Both the position numbers and the translations under genes were made by a program. Below are positions 16,844-24,377 of a stretch of 38,444 nucleotides of DNA, piece by piece. Source of the stretch: Pseudomonadota bacterium (lineage in GTDB: Bacteria > Pseudomonadota > Gammaproteobacteria > Burkholderiales > Casimicrobiaceae); assembly GCA_029571495.1 (NCBI GenBank), contig JAKPSO010000282.1, positions 1 through 38,444 on the forward strand. Direction: 5' to 3'. Within the stretch, counting starts at the first letter, position 1. Each line of letters starts with the position of its first letter. The notes under the pieces were generated by a model, which saw nothing but the letters and a program-made list of their open reading frames with translations, had not been told where the DNA came from and did not search any database.

Positions 16844-18768
16844 TCGGTCTCGCACAGCGGCAGAGTGACCCGCACTAGGGTTCCTTTGCCCACGCGTGAT
16901 TTCACTTCGATTGGGTGGTTGAGGAGCGCTGCAAGCCGCTTTGTAATGGCTAACCCAAGCCCAAGTCCTTTGCGCCGATCACGCGCACGATTGCCTACTT
17001 GATAAAACTCCTCGAACAGGTGAGGAAGATGCTCCGCTGGGATACCGACGCCTGTATCCCAAACCTCTAAGAGCAGGGAGTCATTGCGCCGTCGCGCGGC
17101 GACCAAGACGCCGCCGCGGTCCGTGTACGAAAAGGCATTGGCAACGAGATTGCGCAGTATGCGCAACAGGTAATGACGGTCGCTTAAGACCCATTGGGCG
17201 CCCGCTGCAAGCCGCAGGTCAAGCGACCTTTTTGACGCGATTTCACGGAACTCCGAATCGATAGCAATTAGACAGTCACTGATTGGAAAGCGCTGGAGCG
17301 AGACGGCCGCAGCGCCAGCATCGAGCTCTGAAATGTCCAGCAGTTCACTCAGCAACCGTTGAAGCGCGGCCGAGCTATGCTGTATGCGGGTGGCCAACTC
17401 AATTTGCACGGGATCGGAGGAGCGTGCTGTCAAAGCCTCGGCCAGTAAGCTCACTGCCATCACTGGTTGGCGCAAATCGTGACTGGCCGCAGCGAGGAAA
17501 CTGCTCTTTGCTGCGTTAGCGGCCTCCAGCGCCCGATTGAGGTCCCCCAGTCGCGCCTGCTCATGTTCGGCCGCAATACGCAGCCTTCGCGCTTGGTCTC
17601 GCTGCCACTCGGTACGCTGCAACTCGGTCTGTAATTCAAGCGTCAGGCGCCGCGCACGCGCGCTCGTTGCCACCAACGCTTCGTAGTGCTCAAACGCAAA
17701 TTTCTCATGGCGAAAAGCAGTCTCAAAATCGCGCAACGCCTCATTCGCACGCGTTGCCGCTCTATGAAAGCGCATCAGATCGTAGGCAGATGCATCTCCT
17801 TGCAATTGTGTTTGGCGGAGATCCCAGGTGGCGCATAGATCGCGGGCAAGTTGATGTTCGCCTCGCAGATTCCAAATTTCCGCTTGCAGGATCGCTTGTT
17901 CAAGATCACGGGCTGCCCCCGTGTCCTCCATGGCAACACTCCTGTGCAGGAAGCGCTCTGCCAGATCAATATCGCCCGCATGCAGTTTGGCGCTCGCGAA
18001 TGACGCGAAGTAGTTGGCCGCATGGCCACGCGGAAAGTGCGCCTCGTGACTCGCGATTCGATCGGCGAGCGCGCCAGCTTCCACATGATGCCCGAGACAA
18101 TCCAGCGCGACGAGCAAGTTCATGCCGCTGTTGAACCATCCCGTCGTCATACTCGACGGGCGATCATGATTGGACACTCGATCGGCAAGTTCAAATGCGC
18201 GCCGACTGAGCACGCATCCATCCTCGAAGTTGCAAACAGCGATATGGAATGCGCCTAGATTGCTGAGCGCTGACACTTCAAGGCCTGGATTTGCAGCCTT
18301 CTGCGCGAGCGATACCGCGATAGACCACAGCCGCTGACATTCATCATGCTTTCCTTGCGCCAAGTACAGCGCGCCTTCGCCATTGCACGTCATGCACCGC
18401 TCGGCAGGCGTTCGACACGGCTCCGCTATGTCCTGATTTAGCTTGTAAAGCGCTGACGCCCGCGCGTAGTTACCGGCGACGCGCTCGACCAACGCTTCAA
18501 GGTCTCGGCAGTTGGCCGTTCCGGCGACGTCATCCAGCTGTTCGTACAGCTTTGCTGCTTTTATGCGTTCAGCTACAGCGAGCTCGCTCTCGTCGTTCTG
18601 CCAAGCCCACACGGCGAGATGAAAATGACCGTGCGCTTCATGCAGTGAGCCCGGAGAGGCGAGTCGAATAATTTCGTCCGCCGCCGAACGCAATTCTTCA
18701 CGGTCCACGAAGCGCGCTTGCCAAGCCGCCTCGTGCAACGCCTCGAGCCGGTCCTCCCGGTCGTTCAA
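16840..18768 (-). CDS. Cytoplasmic TPR-domain histidine kinase
   Basis: TPR-like N-terminus, no TM; FLAAASHDLRQP H-box, NLVANA, DTGVGI, GLGLGL; start placed at TTG 18768 overlapping the upstream TGA. Confidence 0.88.
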   Translation of the reverse strand: MNDREDRLEALHEAAWQARFVDREELRSAADEIIRLASPGSLHEAHGHFHLAVWAWQNDESELAVAERIKAAKLYEQLDDVAGTANCRDLEALVERVAGNYARASALYKLNQDIAEPCRTPAERCMTCNGEGALYLAQGKHDECQRLWSIAVSLAQKAANPGLEVSALSNLGAFHIAVCNFEDGCVLSRRAFELADRVSNHDRPSSMTTGWFNSGMNLLVALDCLGHHVEAGALADRIASHEAHFPRGHAANYFASFASAKLHAGDIDLAERFLHRSVAMEDTGAARDLEQAILQAEIWNLRGEHQLARDLCATWDLRQTQLQGDASAYDLMRFHRAATRANEALRDFETAFRHEKFAFEHYEALVATSARARRLTLELQTELQRTEWQRDQARRLRIAAEHEQARLGDLNRALEAANAAKSSFLAAASHDLRQPVMAVSLLAEALTARSSDPVQIELATRIQHSSAALQRLLSELLDISELDAGAAAVSLQRFPISDCLIAIDSEFREIASKRSLDLRLAAGAQWVLSDRHYLLRILRNLVANAFSYTDRGGVLVAARRRNDSLLLEVWDTGVGIPAEHLPHLFEEFYQVGNRARDRRKGLGLGLAITKRLAALLNHPIEVKSRVGKGTLVRVTLPLCETD

Positions 18769-21164
18769 GGGTTCACCGCATGGCTTGTCGACGACATCAG
18801 CCGCGTTACTGCGCAATGCAAGTCGTCGGCGCTAACGGGTTTGATGAGCCACGCCTCTCCCGTAATGGCGAATTCGGCAAGGTCCGACGCGAGCGAATCG
18901 CCGGTGACGACTAAAGCGGGCAAACGCCACCCGAGGAACCCTCGAATCTCGGAGAGAGCGGCCAAGCCTGACTGCTTCTCTAGGCGGAAATCCATGATGG
19001 CGAAGTCCGGGGAACGCTGAGTTTGGGAGAGGATCCTAATTGCCTCCGCGGCGTCGCCGGCGGCGAAGACGAGGCAACCTTTGGCCGCCAGCGCCGCCGC
19101 CATGCTGTCACGAACATCAGGGTCGTCGTCAACGATCAGCGCAAGCTTGCCGCGCAAGTCCAACAATTCCGTCAGTTCTATTGCATTCGCAACGGGCTGC
19201 GAAGATTGGGCAAGCGGTAGGCGTATCCGAAAGCGCGTGCCTTTTCCCACCCGCGATGTGACCTCCAGTGTGTGCCCCAGCAGGTCGACCAGGCGGCGAA
19301 CAATCGCGAGGCCCAGGCCCATACCTTTGCGGCGATCACGCGAGGCTTTTCCAATTTGGTAGAACTCATCAAACACGCGCGGCAAATGCGCCGCATCGAT
19401 CCCAATTCCGGTATCCCATACGTCCAAAAGCAAGACTGTTGCGCGGGCGCGCGCAGTCACAAGCACGCCGCCACGCTCTGTGTACGCCAGCGCGTTGGCA
19501 ACCAAGTTCTGCAGAATTCGCTTAAGTAGGACGGGGTCACTCGCAACCCATGCGTCGGTCGCGGCGAGTCGCAGGTCGAGCCCGCGATCACGCGCGACCG
19601 GACCAAATTCGTTATCGATGTGCAGGAGCACGCCCGTAATCGGTAGCGCTGTGATCGACGCTCGCATCGTGCCCGCATCTAACGTGGAGAGATCAAGCAG
19701 CTCCGACAACATGGCATTCATCGAACGCATGCTCTGCTGGATTCGAAATACCATTTCACGTGCCTCAGCATCTGCGACGTGCTCAGCTAGGGTATCCGCA
19801 AATAATCCTATGGCATGAACAGGCTGACGCAGATCGTGGTTTGCCGATGCCAAAAAACGGCTCTTGTCTTCGTTCGCTGCGGCCAGCGCATGATTGATCG
19901 CCGTCAACCGTTCTTGTTCTTCTTCGGCAAATCGTTGTTCAGCGAGGGCTTCATCGCGCTGCTGCTGCGCATGTTGAACTTCATACTCCATCTGCAGTGC
20001 GAGTCGCTTCGCACGGGCGCTCTGCCCGACGAGCATTTCATACTTCGCGAACGCCTCTTTCTTGAAGCGCAGCGCAGCTTCAAAATCGCCCTGCGCCTCC
20101 GCTGCGCGAGTTGCCGCGTTATACAGTCGCATCAAATCAGTTGGCAATGAGACTTGATCAAAATGGGAAGCCTCGTTGATGGCACGGTGACAGAGCGCAG
20201 CGGCTTCAGGGAAGCGCCCCTGCGCATTGCGAACCTCAGCGCACACCCAAAACCATTCAATCGTGCGAAGCGTTACGCTGGGATCGGCCGCAGCCGCTGC
20301 GCGGTCGAGAAATTGATCGGCACGTTCAAGCTCGCCCGCATGCAGGAACACCGCTGCGAACTTCGTGAAATAAGCGGAACGCTTGGCGGGCAGCAACCAT
20401 TCAACTCTCCCCAGCAACTGCTCAGCCACGGCGCGTGCTTCGCCGTAGCGCCCAAGAAAAAACAGCGACAACATCCAGTTGGTGCCAGATGTGACCCAAG
20501 GCGCTCTCGCACCGGCTACATCGGCTAAGGCGAATGCGGCGCGGCACATGCGTTCGGCATCCTCAAAATTGTGGATGTCCGCGTGAAATCCACCAAAATT
20601 TCCTAGCGCATTCGCCTCGAAAACCGGTATTTCGGTTTGCCGTGCTGCTGTTAGCGCCGCAGAAAAGGTGCGCATCGCCTCGTCGAGTTCGCCCAAGTCG
20701 CCGTAGCAAAGCGCTCGAATGTTCAGCGCTACGTAGCGGGCTTCAGGAAACGGGTCTTCGTCCGCAGCGTGTTGCTGCACAAACGTGGCGTCAAGCGCTG
20801 ACTGACTCTTGCCGGCGCGCAACAAAATCAACGCCTTCACCGCGCGCAGGCGATCTAGTCCGCGGCCAAAGCCATTGCGCTCGAAGATCTCTGTTGCGCG
20901 CGCGCACTGCTTGGCGGCGCCATCCTGATCAAACAATGCCAAACAGTGCCATGAGTAATGCAGCGCGGCGAGTCCGGCTTCAAGGCTCGTCGGATCGCCG
21001 ACGGCGGCAAGCTCGTCTGCTGCGCGCTTCAGCTCGGATGGATCGCGAAAGCGCGTGCGCCACGCCGCACGATCAAGCGCCTCAAGTCGAGGTAGAGCTA
21101 CACTCGATTGCGTTGCCGCACGATGCGCGCCCTCTGCTTGACTTGCCTCAAAAAGCCCATTCAT
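18765..21164 (-). CDS. Cytoplasmic TPR-domain hybrid histidine kinase with C-terminal receiver
   Basis: TPR-like N-terminus; FLASANHDLRQP, NLVANA, DTGIGI, GMGLGL; receiver LIVDDD..IMDFRL..LIKP. Start is ATG 21164 or 21176. Confidence 0.9.
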   Translation of the reverse strand: MNGLFEASQAEGAHRAATQSSVALPRLEALDRAAWRTRFRDPSELKRAADELAAVGDPTSLEAGLAALHYSWHCLALFDQDGAAKQCARATEIFERNGFGRGLDRLRAVKALILLRAGKSQSALDATFVQQHAADEDPFPEARYVALNIRALCYGDLGELDEAMRTFSAALTAARQTEIPVFEANALGNFGGFHADIHNFEDAERMCRAAFALADVAGARAPWVTSGTNWMLSLFFLGRYGEARAVAEQLLGRVEWLLPAKRSAYFTKFAAVFLHAGELERADQFLDRAAAAADPSVTLRTIEWFWVCAEVRNAQGRFPEAAALCHRAINEASHFDQVSLPTDLMRLYNAATRAAEAQGDFEAALRFKKEAFAKYEMLVGQSARAKRLALQMEYEVQHAQQQRDEALAEQRFAEEEQERLTAINHALAAANEDKSRFLASANHDLRQPVHAIGLFADTLAEHVADAEAREMVFRIQQSMRSMNAMLSELLDLSTLDAGTMRASITALPITGVLLHIDNEFGPVARDRGLDLRLAATDAWVASDPVLLKRILQNLVANALAYTERGGVLVTARARATVLLLDVWDTGIGIDAAHLPRVFDEFYQIGKASRDRRKGMGLGLAIVRRLVDLLGHTLEVTSRVGKGTRFRIRLPLAQSSQPVANAIELTELLDLRGKLALIVDDDPDVRDSMAAALAAKGCLVFAAGDAAEAIRILSQTQRSPDFAIMDFRLEKQSGLAALSEIRGFLGWRLPALVVTGDSLASDLAEFAITGEAWLIKPVSADDLHCAVTRLMSSTSHAVNP

Positions 21165-21843
21165 GTCCGACAGCATATCGCTACTTATCGCTGATGATCA
21201 CGAGCTTGTGAGACTTGCACTGCAACACGCCCTTTGCGCGCTGACAAGGGACGTGAAAATGTTCAGCGCGGACGACGCACTCGCGACTCGAGCGTGTCTT
21301 GCCGAGCGCGCGAATGCGGGCGCGCCGGTCAATGTTGCGCTGGTGGACTGGCATATGCCCGGCGTTGATGGCGTTGCGTGGTTTGAGCGTTTGATCGCAG
21401 ACAACCCTTCCACGCGAGTTGTCGTCATGTCGGGGGCCGAGGACGCGGCCAGAGTGCGGGAGCTTCTCGCAGTGGGCGCGGCTGGATTCATCCCCAAGAC
21501 CGACTCGGCAGCCGTCATAGTGCAGGCCATGCGATTGGTGCTGGCGGGAGGCACATACGCGCCGGCACGCCTGCTGTCGGGCGACAATGACAGCCGTGCG
21601 GACGACGGTGCCGCCCCCGCAAAGCGCGCTTCAGATCCGCCGTTTAACAACCTCACCGGGCGCCAGTTGGAAGTGCTGAGACTTCTCGCACGTGGCATGC
21701 CGAACAAGCTTATTGCACGCGAACTTGGTCTGTCCGAGGGCACCGTCAAGGTCCATGTACTCGCGATTTTTCGAACACTCAACGTCAACAACCGCACGGA
21801 AGCCGTCGTCGCCGCCTCCGCGTTTTTGGCTGAGCACGATTAG
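21163..21843 (+). CDS. NarL/LuxR-family response regulator
   Basis: LIADDHELVR, LVDWHMP, GFIPK receiver motifs; LTGRQLEVLRLLARGMPNKLIARELGLSEGTVKVH LuxR HTH. Confidence 0.95.
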   Translation: MSDSISLLIADDHELVRLALQHALCALTRDVKMFSADDALATRACLAERANAGAPVNVALVDWHMPGVDGVAWFERLIADNPSTRVVVMSGAEDAARVRELLAVGAAGFIPKTDSAAVIVQAMRLVLAGGTYAPARLLSGDNDSRADDGAAPAKRASDPPFNNLTGRQLEVLRLLARGMPNKLIARELGLSEGTVKVHVLAIFRTLNVNNRTEAVVAASAFLAEHD

Positions 21844-21904
21844 GGAACGGCCGGATGGTGTCGAAACGGACGTTTGGCGTTTCGGCCCAAACGTGTGCAA
21901 CCGC

Positions 21905-21933
21905 TTGACAAGTGATCAACCAACACCTAATAT
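21905..21933 (+). promoter_or_regulatory. Sigma70-type promoter
   Basis: TTGACA (21905-21910), 17-bp spacer, TAATAT (21928-21933). Confidence 0.75.
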
Positions 21934-21939
21934 GACATC

Positions 21940-22056
21940 TGCATACTCTAGATCAGTCTAGAAACACAGTGTGCCCCTTGGAGACCACCCCCTCGATACA
22001 CCTCCGGTCTTATCAGGTTTCCAAGGACTCAAGCCCGCCTCGTGCGGGCTTCTTTT
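21940..22056 (+). ncRNA. Putative small regulatory RNA (~115 nt) with C-rich CCUCC loop
   Basis: Bounded by a near-consensus promoter and an intrinsic terminator; hairpins TCTAGA-TCAG-TCTAGA and CCTTGGAGACC/GGTTTCCAAGG enclosing CCCCCTCGATACACCTCC; no credible ORF. Confidence 0.7.
22031..22056 (+). terminator. Rho-independent terminator of putative sRNA
   Basis: AAGCCCGC-CTCGT-GCGGGCTT followed by CTTTT. Confidence 0.85.
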
Positions 22057-22070
22057 CGTCTGTTGATTCA

Positions 22071-22190
22071 ACAGCTTTTCCTGTAAAGCGACCGCTAGTA
22101 GGTCGTTTAGACGGCGAAAACATGAAAGTCAACTGTAAGACAAAGTCTCGTCAAACGACCGTGCTGCGGTCGGTTAGGTAGAAAAGCTGT
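22071..22190. repeat. 120-bp symmetric intergenic element, copy A
   Basis: ACAGCTTTT...AAAAGCTGT ends, two CGACC-N7-GGTCG boxes, central AGTCAACT; ungapped alignment to copies at 26802 and 36528. Confidence 0.85.
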
Positions 22191-22292
22191 TACGTATGCG
22201 ACCCGCCTTAGGCTCGATGCGTGGGATGTCCGTACCCGACCATCGTCATGCCGAAGTCATATTCGAGACGGCCGACGCTCTTAGCCCGGTGC

Positions 22293-23786
22293 TCACTCGA
22301 ACAACGTGCGGCGGCTGTCCTTGCGAAGCTGTTCGATCTCACGTTTGATTTCACGTGCGCGCGCGTCGACGTAGCTCGCTTCGTAGTAATCGCCGTCACC
22401 AGCCTTTGACGCCAACTCAAACTGGTCGAGCGCGCCGCGCAGATTGCCTTGCTTCGCGTATTGCTCGCCCAAGAAACGATGCTGCTTCATTTTGAGGCCA
22501 AGGTCCGCGCTCGCACGTGCCGCAAGCTCGAAGAGTTGCACGTTGTCCGGCTGCCGCGCCAAACTCTTTTCCACGGACGCCAATGCGCGCTTAGGCTCCT
22601 TCGCGCGCAGCAGCACTTCGGGCAAGTCGTAGTGCAATTGCCAATGGTTTGGGTATTCCGCAATCGCGCGCTCGAAGTGCTTTACGGCAGCTGGAATTTC
22701 CTCGTTTTGGATGAGCATCTGCCCCATCATTGCCGGGATCATCGGGTGCCGCACGCCATCGGATTCAAGGGACGCCAACACCTGCTTGCCGCGCGCATAA
22801 TCGTGCGAGCGTAAGAGCGCGGCCGCGAGGCCGTAGCGCGTCGCGGGCTCGGACGCGTACTTCCGCTCCTCCAACGCAGACTCGAAGAAACTCACCGCGG
22901 TCTTCGGTTCGCCGACGTAACTTCGCAGCAGCGCCCGCACGTAATGAAAGTCAACGCTCTCTTTAGCGAGCTTGAAATCAACGCTCACCGCGCGCGTATT
23001 CGCGTCGGCGATACGCTCCATCGTGATTGGATGCGTGCGCAAATAGCCCGGCACTACGCCGGTGTCGGAAATCGTCGTGGCGCGCTGCAAGCGCTCCATG
23101 AAAACGCCCATCGCGGAGGTGTCGAATTGCGCTCGCGTTAGGTATTGATAGCCGATGCGATCGGCCTCGCGTTCGTTCTCGCGCGAGAAGTTCAAATAGT
23201 TTTGTACCGTCGCGGCCTGCGATCCAAGTAGCACAGCCTGTGCCGCATCGCCCTTACCCTTCGCGCCCGCGAGCACCGCGCCCGCGAGGCCGGCAATGCC
23301 CATCCACGCGTTCTTGCGCTGGTCGTCCATCATGCGCGCGTAGTGCTTCTGCGTGACGTGCGCGATCTCATGCGCGAGCACGCTCGCGAGTTCGCTCTCG
23401 GACTGGGTCAGTAGCACGAGCCCCATGTTGACGCCGATGTAGCCGCCGGGCATCGCGAACGCGTTAACGCCGTTGTCGGCCACGCCGAAGAACTCAAACT
23501 TCTCGCGAATCGCGGGGTTGGCGGCGAGGATGCGTTGCCCGAGTTCGTTGAGGTACGCGTTAACTTCCGGGTCTTGCAGGTACGCGCCGCTCGCGCGCAG
23601 TTCGCGCATTGCGTCGGCGCCAACCTTCTTCTCTTGTTGGCTCGACACCAACGCGCCGGAACTGTCACCGAGTTCCGGCAACGGCGACTGCGCAAACGCA
23701 GGCGAACTGGACAGGGCGACACAAGCGAGGACGCCGATCAGTGCGCGGAACGAAAACGGCGGGCGCGAAATTGGGGCAAGGTTCAT
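22293..23786 (-). CDS. bepA: M48 family metalloprotease with TPRs (BepA/YfgC-like)
   Basis: Signal peptide then LPELG; NAFAMPGG, ESELASVLAHEIAHVTQKH (HExxH), FSRENEREAD, YLRTHP. Start placed at ATG 23786 (23828 is an alternative). Confidence 0.88.
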   Translation of the reverse strand: MNLAPISRPPFSFRALIGVLACVALSSSPAFAQSPLPELGDSSGALVSSQQEKKVGADAMRELRASGAYLQDPEVNAYLNELGQRILAANPAIREKFEFFGVADNGVNAFAMPGGYIGVNMGLVLLTQSESELASVLAHEIAHVTQKHYARMMDDQRKNAWMGIAGLAGAVLAGAKGKGDAAQAVLLGSQAATVQNYLNFSRENEREADRIGYQYLTRAQFDTSAMGVFMERLQRATTISDTGVVPGYLRTHPITMERIADANTRAVSVDFKLAKESVDFHYVRALLRSYVGEPKTAVSFFESALEERKYASEPATRYGLAAALLRSHDYARGKQVLASLESDGVRHPMIPAMMGQMLIQNEEIPAAVKHFERAIAEYPNHWQLHYDLPEVLLRAKEPKRALASVEKSLARQPDNVQLFELAARASADLGLKMKQHRFLGEQYAKQGNLRGALDQFELASKAGDGDYYEASYVDARAREIKREIEQLRKDSRRTLFE

Positions 23787-23846
23787 CTTGCTAAGATAGC
23801 CGAAAACCCTCGCAAGTTCCTTCTTCATTTGTAACGTAGGCTCGCT

Positions 23847-24335
23847 ATGACCGATTCGACGCAACCGCTTACTCACTTCGACAGCGCTGGGCAGGCGCAT
23901 ATGGTCGACGTCGGCGCGAAACCGGAGACCAAGCGCGTGGCGCGCGCTGAAGGCACGATCGCAATGCAGAGCGCGACGTTGGCGCTGATCGAATCCGGTT
24001 CGCACAAAAAGGGCGATGTGCTTGGCATCGCGCGTATCGCTGCGATTCAGGCCGCCAAGCGCTGCGCCGACTTGATTCCGCTGGCGCACCCGATTCCGCT
24101 CACGCGCGTTGCGGTCGAATTTACGACTGACGAAATGAGTTCCACGGTCAACATCGAAGTCACGGCCGAGACCGTTGGTCGCACGGGCGTCGAAATGGAA
24201 GCGCTCACTGCAGCGAGTGTGGGCCTGTTGACGATCTACGATATGTGCAAAGCGGTGGATCGCGGCATGGTGATCTCAAACGTCCGACTACTTGAAAAGC
24301 TCGGCGGCAAATCGGGGCATTGGAAGGCCGACTGA
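23847..24335 (+). CDS. moaC: Cyclic pyranopterin monophosphate synthase MoaC
   Basis: [45 protein letters not shown]. Confidence 0.97.
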   Translation: MTDSTQPLTHFDSAGQAHMVDVGAKPETKRVARAEGTIAMQSATLALIESGSHKKGDVLGIARIAAIQAAKRCADLIPLAHPIPLTRVAVEFTTDEMSSTVNIEVTAETVGRTGVEMEALTAASVGLLTIYDMCKAVDRGMVISNVRLLEKLGGKSGHWKAD

Positions 24336-24377
24336 CGCGTCGATCTGACGAACTCATCCGCGGATCGCCGCAGCGCC

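Noticed and set aside
5618-21843. Prophage, ICE or defence island
   Set aside because: No integrase, transposase, phage structural or recognisable defence genes and no att-like direct repeats found by eye.
21905-21919. TTGAC-AAGTG-ATCAA as an FNR box
   Set aside because: Spacer is 5 nt rather than 4; better explained as the -35 element.
22060-22074. CTGTTGATTCAACAG as a LexA box
   Set aside because: Spacer is 7 nt, not the 8 nt of CTGT-N8-ACAG, and it lies downstream of a terminator.
22066-22195. 120-bp element as an integron attC site (ATTCAAC at left of copy A, GTT at right)
   Set aside because: Only copy A has an RYYYAAC-like end; right end GTTACGT does not fit GTTRRRY; flanking genes are housekeeping in mixed orientation; no integrase seen.
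21969-22420. ORFs 21969-22181, 22208-22420 and 22221-22409
   Set aside because: They cross the sRNA terminator, the 120-bp element or the bepA 3' end and lack coding features.
23787-24089. Extended start of the M48 protease ORF
   Set aside because: Overlaps moaC on the opposite strand; the signal peptide begins near 23786.
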